Below are positions 11,428 through 23,942 of a stretch of 50,811 nt of DNA, in pieces. The notes beneath the pieces are model-generated. The model was given only the letters and a program-made list of their open reading frames with translations, did no database searches and had not been told where the DNA came from. A program made the translations under genes and the position numbers. This DNA is from Octopus bimaculoides (Eukaryota). Location of the stretch: contig NC_068999.1 in the NCBI RefSeq assembly GCF_001194135.2, positions 25,119,636 through 25,170,446 of the forward strand, read 5' to 3'. Numbering within the stretch: the first letter of the stretch is position 1; the number at the start of each line of letters is the position of its first letter.

Positions 11428-11915
11428 GGTAGAGGTCTGACTGTGTGATAAGAAGCTTGCTTTCCAACTACATGGTTCCAGGTTCAGTCCCACTGCATGG
11501 TACCGTGGGCAAGTGTCTTCTACTCTAGCCTCAGGCCAGCCAAAGCCATGTGAGTGGATTTGGTAGATGGAAACTGAAAGAAGCCCATCGTATATATATA
11601 TATATNNNNNNNNNNNNNNNNNNNNNNNNNNNNNNNNNNNNNNNNNNNNNNNNNNNNNNNNNNNNTATATTTATATACATATGTATATATCTATGTGTGT
11701 GTGTCTTTGTGTCTGTTTGTTTCCCCCTCCCCATTCACCATCTGACAACCAGTGTTGGTGTGTTTAGATCTCTTAGTGGTTTGGCAAAAGTGATCGATAG
11801 AATACGTACTAGGTTTAAGAAATAAGTCCTAGGGTCAATTTGTTTGACTAAAACCCTTCAAGGGTTTTCAGCCAAATTACTGAAACAATTAAAAAAAGTA
11901 ATAAAAAAATAAAAG
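11428..11915 (+). mobile_element. SINE family A, full-length, with an assembly gap in its central microsatellite
   Basis: Head, (TA)n, N gap at 11606-11665, tail. Confidence 0.85.
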
Positions 11916-12164
11916 TAAGTAATTGTTACAAAAGTTTCTTTGCTTCCAACAATAAAAAGTCCAGATAGAGAATGGAAGACGATACAGTGCTCCTGATTAC
12001 ACTTAGCAGTAATTTACTGAATTGAAGTTTGATGTTAAAGTTGGTTTAATGGATTAGCATTCAATCTAAATCCAAACAAGCAGGTGAATAACCATAAACT
12101 CAATGATGTGTATTCAAATTTGCTATAATTGTTGGAATGGTATGAGATTAAGGGTACATTTATC

Positions 12165-12547
12165 TTTTTTATTTGATTCAGCCACTGGACTGTGGCCATA
12201 CTGGGGCACCACCCTGAAGAGTTTTAGTCAAGCAAATCAGTCCCAGTACTTATTTTTCAAAATCTGGTACTTATCTTGTTAGTCTTGTTTACTGAACTGT
12301 TAAGTTATGGGGACATAAACAAACCAACACAGGTTGTCAAGCAGTGGTAGTAGGGAAACAAACATTGTCAGAAGGACAGACAGACAGACACACGACAAGC
12401 TTTAACAGAATTTCTGCCTACTAAATTCCCTCACTAGACATTGGTCAGCCTGGGGCTATAATGGAAAACACCCATCCAGGGTACTGTGCAGTGAGACTGA
12501 ACCTGACACCACATGAACTTCTTCACCACACAGCCATGCTTGTGCCT
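12165..12547 (-). mobile_element. SINE family A, older copy
   Basis: Diverged but colinear with the consensus blocks. Confidence 0.75.
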
Positions 12548-12899
12548 ACCCAGCATCTCAACAAAACTTCTGACTTAATCCAACAGAAAACGCTGTTGAA
12601 GAAGATCAGGCTAAGCCTTTGAAGTGCACTGACTACATTTGAATTCACTAACATCAGTGAATCAATGAGAAGTGATAAAATCGTTCATTTCTTCCCTTAT
12701 AAATGAATTACAAGATGAAGTGATGATGTACGAAGCTCAAATGCTGGCAGATATCAAAATTATTTCTATTGAGAATAACACAAATCTATGTTTGGACAAT
12801 GATGACTTTTTTTACTGATAGCTTTGGTTCTATGTGAGCAAACAAAGACTCCCAACAATGTTTGAGAAGACTTGCTTCTGAATATTTTGAAGACATTTT

Positions 12900-13190
12900 C
12901 ACATGTTAATATAGTGTTAACATATTAACATTATGCCAATAATGTTAACATTATTAACATAATTAATAATGCTAATTTTGTTAACATTATTATGTTATAT
13001 TAAATATGTTGTATTTATTACAACATAACATAATAAATATGTTATATATAACATATAACATTTAATTATATGCTATATTTATTATATAACATTTTATTAT
13101 ATGCTATATTTATTATATAACATGATAAATATGTTATATCATGTAACACAATAAATATGTTATAGAATATAACATATTTATTCTGAAATT
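12900..13190. repeat. AT-rich quasi-palindromic low-complexity tract
   Basis: Alternating TATGTTA and TAACATA / TTAACAT motifs. Confidence 0.7.
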
Positions 13191-13554
13191 ATATTTCTTG
13201 TTCTTTCCATTCCAGAGAATTAGATGTGATACAAAAAAAATAGCGACGACCATCTTCTAGGCTTGAGGTCTTCCTTGAGCCTACAAACTCATGAAGCCAG
13301 AGATAACACAGATTTTCAAAGCATTTGGGTGACTGAGAGCAAAAGATTCCTCTTGAATGAGACATTAGTCCACCACCAGGTTAGGCCTCAGATATTTTTG
13401 ATTCCCCTTTTATACTCTTGAACAATATGAAATGAAGTGCTTTGTTCAAAGACACATGCCAGCCATCCTGAGAATTGAACACACAACCTAATGATTTTGA
13501 ACCCAATAACCTATTTAGAGCTAATTACGCAATTAATATTACTATTAGAATTGT

Positions 13555-13697
13555 TCAGCTGAGGTCAACTTTGCCTTTCTTCCTTTTGGAGTCGATAACA
13601 TAAGTACCAGTTAAGCACTGGGGTCAATGTAATTGACTTACCCACTTCCTCCAAACTTGCTGGCCTTGTGCCAAAATTTGAAACTAATATTATTATT
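13555..13697 (+). mobile_element. SINE family B, 5'-truncated
   Basis: gaggtcaactttgcctttc...taagtaccagtt.agcactggggtc...gctggccttgtgccaaaatttgaaac. Confidence 0.8.
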
Positions 13698-13709
13698 AGA
13701 ATTACCCAC

Positions 13710-13882
13710 CTGTTGAACACCCATTTGAAGAGCCAGTTTTGTATATTTGCCTGGACCTTCCATTCTTATACCATCATCAACTGGACCCCAAGAGGCACTG
13801 TAAATGTCAATATAGTTTGGTTTAAATAACAGAGCTTCTGCCTCCAATAAGTCTGTGATAATGCCATCAAGCATCCGGATAC
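13710..13882 (-). CDS. Proprotein convertase exon D (SWGP substrate-binding segment)
   Basis: Acceptor ttcatacAG, donor GTgggt, 173 nt, phase 1/0. Encodes (G)IRMLDGIITDLLEAEALLFKPNYIDIYSASWGPVDDGIRMEGPGKYTKLALQMGVQQ. Confidence 0.96.
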
Positions 13883-16815
13883 CTGTATGAATAAAATGTT
13901 TAAACAGTTAATGTCATTTAAGATTGTACTTTAGAAAATTAATTTTATTTTCATTTTCTTTTAAGTTTATATTTTAATGTTATAGTTGACTAGTGTGATC
14001 GTCGATTAAATTATTAGAGTGTGGTTGACCAGCTGATGGATGGGTGGTTAAGGTAGTCTTGATATCATTCAACTGCGATCTTGGAAAAATACTTTGCTCT
14101 CTATGACTGAGCCATAAATAAGTACCACAAGAAACAAACATTGTAAAAAAAAAAATAGAAGCATTGCTCACCATCCACAGAGCCCTATGGATTTTCTTGA
14201 CATGCAAGAAATAGAAGCTAAATCTCCTTGATATCACACACTACTATCTTAAAAAGGAATGACATATCAGATGATGTAGTTCTAGAAATACTAACTCCCC
14301 TGAAAGATGGGATGGTTATGAATGAAGCACTTCCAATCACAGATTAGCTTCAACAGAGCTAATCTGGACTAAACAATAAAAATAATAATAATGTTATTAT
14401 TTATAAATACCATATGTGATGGCATAAAAGATGCGCAAGCGCATTAGCTGCACCCCGATTTTAGCAGCACATATTCAGGAAAAAATGTTTCAGTGCATTA
14501 AAGTTTATGGGAAGTCCAACTTTGCATATAGGAACTGAGATTATTCTTTGAGATATTATTTTTTGAAAATATGCCATCAAATATGGTTCATATTGAAACA
14601 GCTCAGTAATTTCAGCAATTAGTCAATCAATCCATTTATTTTGACCTGTTATTATAGGAATAGAAATCTAATCAAATTTATATTTTATGTTGTATGAGAA
14701 AACTTTTTAAACATTTAATGAGGTCAAAATCTATTTTCATGCATTGCAAACCAGAACATTTATAATAATGTTAAAGACTTATGGCAATGTCCTTGATTAA
14801 ATTTTAACTAAACCCTCTTTAAGGGTTAAATTAATATATATTTTGTCCTCATTGAATCAGCAATTTTAATGAATGGAAAATTGTTTTTTTCAAGGAAACT
14901 CTATACATTTGAACTAGATTTCCTAATACCTAAGTTGTAGCTAACATATTCTCCACCCTTCCTTAAAAGACCAGGGAAACAAAAATGTAAAACTCTTTGA
15001 CCACGTGATAAAAAGAAAGTTAATTTCCTTTCTATTTCCGTTTTATTTGAAACCACTCGTATTTGTCAAATGGTTTGCAGCTGTGAGTGTCATCAAAATC
15101 AAAGAAGCAGGAAAGGCAAGTGAGACATGACCCTACATAAACAGTGGGAGGGTCTCAAAGTTTGAGATATCAAAACTTCCGGAAGTATCAAGAACAAGGT
15201 CAGACTACTCGTTATGAATCATTTAGCAAATAGGATTTGTTAGGTTTCAAAGATAAAATTCTAAGCAAATTTTTACACTTAAAGAGTAGCATTTAAGTAA
15301 GAAGTTTTCTGTAAAATGGCCCCATTTAAACACTCAAACATCTAAACGCAAAAATTGTTATATAATATCATTAATACTTCACTGTGAATGAAATAGCTGA
15401 AGTTCCATAGTAAAGAGGATAGAGGAAGGGAGCAAACAAGAGTGAACGAGTGGAAAATAAAATAAATATATTGGTGAGGAATGAACTGAAGCCTAAAGAG
15501 AGGAAGATTAGAAGTTACAGAAGAGAGGAAAGAAAGGTAGAAGGAAGAAGCAAAGAAACTGTGTTGTGTGGGTGGGGAGAGGCAAGAGAATGTGTGTGTT
15601 GAGGAGGGGGAAAAGATAAGGTATCTTTATAGCAAAAGGAAGCAGAATGGGATACTATAGGGCAGAGGAAAGAGGGAGACTTTACAGAGTAGAAGAATAG
15701 ATAATGCAGTGAAAATAAGGGTGGAAGAGAATTTAGAGTAGGAGGTAGAGGAAAGGAGTTGGGTGTACAGTTGATGGAAGATGAAGAGAGACTTTATAAC
15801 AAAGAAAAGATGAAGATTGTGGAGGGAGGAGGGTACAGACGATACAGGTGAGGGTACAGGAAGGTGAATAGAGGTAAAAAAAAAAGGAGACTACAATGGA
15901 GGATAGAGAAGATTCTACAGTAGAAGGGCAATGTACTGAAACTATATACAAGAGTGGCATACTGTCCAACAGTTGTTAGACTAATAATCATCATTCCCGA
16001 AATCCTTAATTCAACAATCATTAATCTATCATTCATTCCATAAACCGTTAGTTCAACATTCATCTGACAGACAATAGTTATTAGTCCACTAGTCAATGGT
16101 TAATTTGCATTCACCCTAAAATCATTATGTAACAGTCATTAGATAAATCCTTTACAGTCTAAAATCATTGATGCAACACTCATTAGTTTAACAATCCCCA
16201 GGTGAACAATTAGTTTACAATTACCAAAAAAAAAAAAACTTATCATCAGTCCAAAGACAATTAGTCCAGCAATCATTAGTGCACAACTGATTATCTAATA
16301 ATAATCATCCAACTAACAGTCTTCAGTCCAACAAAACTCTAGTTAAATAATCATTAGTCAACACTCACTAGTTTAACAATCATCAGACCAACAATCAGTA
16401 AATGCACAATCATTAGTCCAGCAAACAGCAGTCATTCAAGTATCAGTTCAATCATCATTGTTCCAACAATCATATGTTTAGCAATCATTAGTTCCACAAT
16501 TGTCACATCAACACTCATTACTTGTGCAATCTGATACACGGACACTCATTAATTCAATAATCATCACATTGTTTATTCCAACAATAACTAGTTCAATCAT
16601 CCTTATTCAAATGATTATTATTTTAACAATCACTACGTTAACAAGCATCGTTCCAATAAGGATTAGCTACCCAATCATTTATCCAACAATGATTAGTCCA
16701 TTAGCAGTTGGATTAATAAGACTACTCCAAAAATGTTAAGTTCAAATGATCATCAGTCCAACAATCCTACAATCAGCAGCACAACAATCATTCATCGAAC
16801 AACCATTAGTCAACT

Positions 16816-18260
16816 GCTGCGGAGGTTGGGGACTATGGGGGCAGACCCGCGTGATTTGTGTTACGGTAGAAGTGCGACGGCATATGCGGATGATGTTACC
16901 ATCATCGTGTCTGGTGAAGGGCAGCTGCTTCGTGTAGAAGACGCCCTCAAAGGTTACGAAGCGGTGACAGGGGCAAAAATTAACCCGGAGAAATCAGTCG
17001 TGGCAAGTTGATGCCTCCCAACAGCGTCGTCGGATGCTGGATGGAGGGCCCGGTTAAACTGCTCGGAATCTGGTTTGGACCAGATCTCCAGGTGGAGAAA
17101 AACTGGAGCGAGGTGGCGAGCAAGATGACGGCCATAACCCAAACCTGGTCTGGGAGGACGTTATCTTTGCTAGGAAGGGCCGAGATTGCACAGGTGCTTA
17201 TAGCATCTGTGATAACCTACCGCCTAACCGTCGTGCCTTGCTCTGGTTTGTGGTTGACCAAGTTGGAACGGATCGTTTTTCGCTTTTTGTGGAAAGGGAA
17301 AACGCCACTTGTGAAGCGCTCCATCTGCTGCCAAAAACCTTTAAAGGGTGGGCTGGGAATACCTTGGCTGATGATGCGCAAGCACGCGCTGAGGCTGAGA
17401 CAACTCTGATGTTACCTGAATGGTGAGCAGGTGTGGTCACCACATGCCAAGCAACTCTTTCCACAAGTGAAATCCCTCAGGGACTTAGGTACATGGATGA
17501 AGCGGAGACCTAGGATGGGAGTATGGCAGAGGGAGTGCAGACAAGCACTCACTCTGTTCTCGCGGACGAGCAATACTGGCAGCGAGGTTACCACTGCGGA
17601 TTTTTATAGAGGGTTGGTAGAGCATAAGTCCGATGATGTCCTGTGTGAGACTCTGGGCTTCAATGAGGAGCAACTGACCAACCTGTTCGGAAGGACATTC
17701 CCTCCGTGGTATCTGGATAATTTCCAGAAATCCTTGGCTTGGTTGTGCTACCGATCGGCCTTACTGGTTCGAGAGGTTGTCTAGACACGGTTTTGACACT
17801 TCCCCCACATGCCCGTACACTGTGAGGAGTTGAGGGAGTTGATGACCTATGTCGAACAACTGATGTCGGATGCAGGGAGAGTACGGCTCTCGACTGAGCC
17901 CATGATTAAGATCGTACCGCCTTCTTCCTTCGACAAGGAAATGAAGGCATCGTTTTTTCTGCGTAGTAGCCATACTGAAAGAAACGGTATGGATGACACG
18001 AGCGAAAGGGATTGGGACCGGTCACTTCATCTCCGTACACGGGTTGGTAAGTTATTTCAACTTCCACTTGTCGAGAAAGATCCGTCTGGAGAAAAAGTGC
18101 CTGTCGCAAAGTACGTTCGGGAAAAGATGGAGGTCTGTAGTAAGGAAGTTGAGAATGAATGGGGCCGTGCTAGTATAGCTGGTCAAGGCGAAAAGAAGGA
18201 AAAGGAAAAAAAAACAACCAAAGGAGAAAATAAAAAACCGGCGGGTTAACTATAAAAAAT
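16816..18260 (+). mobile_element. 5'-truncated Tx1/L1-clade LINE (RT to 3' end), inactivated
   Basis: AYADDVTIIV, GAKINPEKS, KLLGIWFG, LSLLGRAEIA, RFLWKGK and GGLGIP motifs across ORFs 16733-17011, 17008-17409 and 17431-17784. GC-richer than the flanks, A-rich end. Confidence 0.85.
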
Positions 18261-18449
18261 ATCCCGGAACATTATTTATAAATTTTTAATTGTATATAAT
18301 TTTATTTCATCCTTTTATCCGATTTTTTCGATTTTTTGTCTCCATTTCATCACAACCCAAACCATTTTGCAAGAATGTAAGTGTTCGTCCCTTGTAGTGT
18401 CCCCTCTATATATACCTTTTATAGGTAAATAAAGAAATTCATTGGTTCC

Positions 18450-19256
18450 AGACCTTCTAAGGTCTAGCCACTGACCACAGAGACACAGCCAGTTCCCGCG
18501 ACAATGCCAGACAACCACCACCACAGTAGCTACGTTGAGATTCACCAATTTCGTCCAACAGCATTACGGCAACCTCCGTCTTCGTAACCACCATGTCCTT
18601 AACACCGTCAACATCATCTCTCTACGTTCACAGCTCAGCAAGCAAATCACCCAGGTTCCAGCACTTCTCTATTCGTGAATTATTTTACCATGGATCAACA
18701 GCGAATATGCAACCTGCATGAACTCCTGTACCAAGTGACCCAGGCAGCAGCATCACAGTCACCACTTCACGTATGACATATATCTGTAACCGGCTCAGCA
18801 TCACGGACGCGACTTCTTGATACAGTATTTCAACTACCGTGTACCATCGACTACGAACTGGTATTATTCATCATCTTTCTTGTGTCTATGAACTTACTTC
18901 TCACTTCGATGGCTATAGACTCGTTCACTGTCTCCTTCTTCATTGCCATCCTTATATGTACTTGACACACACGCATACATCTATGCTTACACATACATAT
19001 ACATTTTGCTCTCATTACGTCTTGTCTATTATTCTTTATACATGACGCACACACAGACACACATGTTAACATATCAATAAATCTTTTCTTAACCATTCTC
19101 CGCGGTTGTTGTCTTCTTTTTCCATCTGGCAGGTAAATGGTTCTATCAATTTTCTCTTTTATTATAACGGCTCTGTGATGTGATACTAAAGAGCCATTCT
19201 CTTCACCTCACATCGCACGGTACCTTACAAATTGGTGACCCGACTTAGAACACGCA
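18450..19256 (+). mobile_element. Ty3/Gypsy LTR retrotransposon relic: LTR 3' end plus primer-binding site; left boundary uncertain
   Basis: ...ggtaccttaCA (19229) - aat - TGGTGACCCGACttaGAACACGCA (19233-19256), resembling the complement of the tRNA-Trp 3' end. AATAAA at 19076-19081. The upstream integrase C-terminal similarity is weak. Confidence 0.6.
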
Positions 19257-19949
19257 TTCACGGCCCCTATACACAACCAATGTTCAACAAATATGTGTAA
19301 AACAACTATCATTCCGGCAATTATCAAACAGCATTCATTATTCCAACAATAATTAGACCAGCAATAATTAGTTTAATAATGATTAAACAACCCCTAGCCC
19401 GATAATCATCAGTCCAACCATTGTCTCAATAATCATGTCGCTCTCAACAGCCGAAAAATCTTCATTTCTATAATCCTGACTCTAGCAGTCATTAGCCTAA
19501 CTATCCTTGATCCGGATAGGATTAGTCTAATAACCATCATTCTGACAATCACCAGTTTAAATAATCAGTCGAATCAACAATCCAAATCACTAGCTCTACA
19601 AAAATATGTATTATATCAATCAAAAATACAAATAATCAATGGAAATCAATAATCAAGCGTACATTCTTTTTATTCTGTCTTTCTCTCTAGCAATAACAGA
19701 GATGAAACTAAATAACTATCTTACAGAATGGAGATCTATAAACTGGATATACAAACAACTCGATGAAGTTGCATATATTGTAACTATTTGCATTATAATC
19801 ACCTTCAGCATTGTCACAATAATTGATATATAATAAATGGCCATATTAATAATCAGTCAAATAATATTATTCATTCATTCACTTCTATGATGCATCTTCA
19901 CATTAAATTTCGTCAATACATGCCTTTGTTAACAAAGCCATTGAATAAT

Positions 19950-20125
19950 TGTTTCAAATTTTGGTTCAGAGCACCAGTATTCAACTAGTAATTATTTTAT
20001 CGATCCTGCAAGGATGAAAGACGATGCCGACCTCGGCGGAATTTGAACTCAGAACTTAAAGAGCCGAAAGAAATATCGGTAAACGCTTTGTTTTGTGCAG
20101 TAACGGTTCTGCCAGCTCGTCGCTT
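19950..20125 (-). mobile_element. SINE family B
   Basis: Reverse complement of the head gcggcgagctggcagaa...ctgagttcaaattccgccgaggtcg. Confidence 0.8.
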
Positions 20126-20206
20126 TACTTTTGTGCATAAAGATAATGAATAGAAGAAATACATAAAAACGGAACAAACACTTACAAAAATGATAATATA
20201 TCTTAC

Positions 20207-20295
20207 CCCCTATTTTGGCATCATAAGCTACGCCAACACCACAGATACTATTGTTCGCTTCTGCTGCCACTACTCCTGCACAGTTGGTGCCGTGA
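20207..20295 (-). CDS. Proprotein convertase exon C, containing the catalytic His
   Basis: Acceptor ttcttttatAG, donor GTaaga, 89 nt, phase 2/1. Encodes (S)[29 protein letters not shown](G). Confidence 0.96.
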
Positions 20296-20677
20296 CTATA
20301 AAAGAACCACACAGAAATAATTCTACAATATTAATATGGTAACACTATAGAGAATTTGTTTTGGAAAGGATAACTTTATAAAAGAAAACATTGAAGAATG
20401 GTTATAGTTTATATATGAAATTATTTTGGAATCAATAGTTTTATAAAGGATATTTTCTCAGAATAGAGTAGTAAGTTTACCGCAGACAGACTTTTGATAT
20501 GATTTATGTTTTAAAGCAATGCGTACAGATCACAACATTCTCTTCTGTTCCGTAACCACCAGCTAACATGAGAGAATATGGTATTCATAAAAGACAAAAA
20601 GCCAAAACTTCAGTAGAAACTTTTTGTATAATTATGATCAGTGAAGAGGGATGAAATCTATTGACTATTGGAAAATT

Positions 20678-20893
20678 TGTTACCAGATTTCAGAAATTAC
20701 TACTTCCAGAAGAAAAGATCGTTTTAGATTATTTTTAAACTTCTTTGAAACTTCAAAACAAATTGTTTGCATCTCCTCTGAGTGTTGTTACCAAATTTCA
20801 GAAATTACTACTTCCAGAAGAAAATATCGTTTTAGATTATTTTTCAACTTCTTTGAAACTTCAAAACAAATTGTTTGTATCTCCTTTGAGTGA
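20678..20893. repeat. 108-bp tandem duplication, 2 copies
   Basis: tgttacca(g/a)atttcagaaattactacttccagaagaaaa... starts at 20678 and 20786, with few differences. Confidence 0.92.
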
Positions 20894-22636
20894 GATTTGT
20901 TATATATCCAGTAAAACGTTTAGTTATGTTAGCTAACTATAAAGGATAGCAAACAACGTTGACATATTTTCTATGATGTAATAAAGAACAATTTTATCGT
21001 TGATATAATAGGAATGGTGGTGAGTGCTTTTGAGCTATTTGCGTACGTCTATGAAATTTTGTGTTTTTGTAAATGCTAGATGGGAAGGTAAGAAAATAGT
21101 AGAAACATTGTGGGCGTAGACTGTTTTACACAACAGATGTATGAGAAAATATAACAGATGATGAGGTACGTTTAAATTGGTAACAGTCACGTATTATTCT
21201 ATAGTGTAACCTCGAAACTAGAACTAAAAGCTATTGCTAAAAACAAATGGGACAAACTAAATACCGCTTCAATGACCTCTCTAAGAGCGTCTGTAGCTGA
21301 ATAACTACAGCTGCAACTTCTATTAGAAAAACAGTTCGGGGTACACATTAGAATTTTGACCTAAAAGCTAAATAAGTACTTGAAGTTAAGTATGCTTCTA
21401 AATTACGAAACGCTTTTCGTAACTGGATTAACGACAATAAAAGTTTTGAGGTGGGGATATAACATTGTTTTCTTCTCTCCATCATTTCTGTCTGTTAACC
21501 CTTGTAAGCATTCTTCTTCACAGCCTCATTAGAACACATACACATCACATCTATCATTCCCCCCACCTACCCCATATACAACTGTATGTACCACTTACAC
21601 GCATCTTTCTCTACTAGTAAATCAGAAAAACTAAACCACCTTAATTTAATTTCTTAAATTTCATTAGGGCAAATATATTTTTCAGCATTCGGAAATTTAG
21701 TTCCCTAAGCTTGTTTAAGTCTCAGGACGGAAATTCAAGGATATTTTATTTTATTTTTTTTATTTAATGACATCTGTTGGAAAGAATCCAAGCAGGAAAC
21801 TACCACTTCAAAAGAGTTTTTACTCATGATACCATATAACTATTGCATAATATGTAGCGTATAAAGATATATCAGTCAGTTCTCATCATGAGGTTGAACT
21901 TCCTTAGTTTTCTTTTCTCTCTCTCTCCCTCTCTCTCTCTCTCACGCATGTGATGCTTATATCCTCAACTGTAATTCCCTCGAATACTTTCTTTTTATCT
22001 TTCTATATATATTCACAAGGGAGAAACATCGAGGTCATGAATGTCCCGATCAAAGTACTTTACTCCAGATAAACTATGATTATGCTTGTATCAGCAATTT
22101 TATATATGAAGCATTAAAAGCTAAAATATACGCGGTGAAAAAGAAAAACTATAAGTTGAAAACAAATATTTTTGTCTCTTTTTTTTCTAGCAAATACGAA
22201 AGATAACTTCAGACAATAGTTTTCTTTCTCATTAAGGCAGGAGTTCTCTCGCTAAATTCAGACCACTGTCTTGTAGTTCTTTGGCTAAGAGTTAACTGAA
22301 AGCTAACAGCTTTCACGTTATCTTAACAGCGAAGTCATCGTACTTCGACAGATGGGAAACTTATGTATCTTAATACACCTGAAACCAGAAATAGATTAGG
22401 AGTTGTCAGAAAATCATTTTTTAAAAAGATTTTGTACTCAACCTATTACTAGCACCTGGATTGTTCGTTGAGTTAACCATGGCAGCAACCTGTTTACACA
22501 TGCCTTACATACAAACGAGGTTAAAATCTATCAGAAAACTCAATACATTTTTTAGTCTAAGAATTATGGCCAAGTGAATCACTTTATCTACATTATTTAC
22601 ATTTGACGGATATTTGTCCTCATCTTGTTTGTTATT

Positions 22637-22682
22637 AACACAACGTTTCGGCTGATATACCCTCCAGCCTTCATCAGGTGTC
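22637..22682 (-). ncRNA. Second, identical minimal hammerhead motif on the opposite strand (sense to the convertase pre-mRNA)
   Basis: Exact reverse complement of 22789-22834. Confidence 0.75.
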
Positions 22683-22788
22683 TTGGAGAAATTTCGAACC
22701 TGGGTTTTCATTCCTAACACATACACATCACATCTTTCATCCCCCCACCCCATATAGGAATGAGAACCCAGGTTCGAAATTTCCCCAA

Positions 22789-22834
22789 GACACCTGATGA
22801 AGGCTGGAGGGTATATCAGCCGAAACGTTGTGTT
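22789..22834 (+). ncRNA. Minimal type I hammerhead ribozyme motif (PLE-associated)
   Basis: Stem I GACAC/GTGTT, core CTGATGA plus an extra A, stem II GGCTG-GAGGGTATAT-CAGCC, GAAAC, then the GTT cleavage triplet. Stem III is the loopless palindrome AACGTT. Confidence 0.75.
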
Positions 22835-23702
22835 AACAACAAACAAGATGAGGACAAATATCCGTCAAATGTAAATAATGTAAATAATGTACATAATTCC
22901 TCATCTCTTAAATATAGAAGAGAAGTTAATCACTGTATAGGATATTTTAACGTAATTAGAGGAGTGATTCACTTTTATTAAATGCCATTACGAAGTATGA
23001 ACCATTTCAATCTGCTTGTCCAACACACACACAACTTACCCGTGTTCTTAGTCAAAAGAAAGTATTTTAATTTCACGATTTTAAAGTCCGCAGCCAAAAG
23101 CAACATCACCTTCACAAAACTTCTTTATGTCGTAAAAAACTATTTTGGGGTTAGCTTGAGATAAAAAAAAAAGGATCCAATATATCTCCTAACTGTAATA
23201 CCTATTCTTTAAATGTTTACCTCTATCGAGTGATGAAAGCTATCGACAAAACCGAGTCCTAGAAGCTGGTTTCTACTCCCACTTTACTTATTTATTTACT
23301 CATTTTTTATTCATTAGTCCATGGTCTCTCTTGTCCCTCTAGGAAAAACAATAAAAGACGAGACTCGAACCATTTATCTATTGCTTACAGCATACGTCAT
23401 CAGGTACGCCACACTCCGCACACATAATTAACAGGTTTAGAAAGTCCATCAATTTGTCCATCAATTTCATCGATTTCTTCAAAAAAAAAAGTTCATCAAT
23501 TTCTTAAAAATAGCAGAGCAATTAGCTATTTATTATCGCACTTGAGTATTTTCTTTTGACTAAACACAAGTTCATTTTTTGCAGAAGAGAGAATAGTCGA
23601 TTTTATAGGAGCACAAAGCAAGTGAGTTCTGTTGAGATTGGAACTTAGAAACAATAGCTGAAATGACCAATGCACAGATTCATAGCAATAATATCGTTTT
23701 CA

Positions 23703-23909
23703 TATTTTGGAACAAGGTCAGCAATTTAGTGGGGAGGCGCTAAGTTGATTACATCAACCCCAGTGCTCAACTGGTACTTATTTTATCGATTCCGAAAGGA
23801 TAAAAGCCAAAGTCGATCCCGATAGTATTTGAACTCAGATCATAAAGTCGGAAGAAATACCGCTGAGCATTTTGTCCGGCGCGGTAACAATTCTTCCTGC
23901 TCACCGACT
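23703..23909 (-). mobile_element. SINE family B, left member of a head-to-head pair
   Basis: Reverse complement of the family B consensus. Confidence 0.82.
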
Positions 23910-23942
23910 TACGTATAGCAGTAATATTAGATATAAGTATAA

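Larger units (their letters stand above)
15960..19600. repeat. Degenerate minisatellite of about 15 bp (consensus near AACAATCATTAGTCC), interrupted at about 16816-19270
   Basis: caatcattagt / caatcatcagt / taatcatcagtcc variants recur on both sides of the LINE/LTR block. Confidence 0.7.
22589..22882. repeat. Long inverted repeat: arms of about 128 bp (22589-22716 and 22755-22882) with a 38-bp spacer
   Basis: The arms are reverse complements with about 3 mismatches by eye, and each contains the hammerhead motif. Confidence 0.95.

Noticed and set aside
14808-14832. aaccctctttaagggttaa as a piggyBac end or footprint
   Set aside because: Too short, with no matching TTAA-flanked partner.
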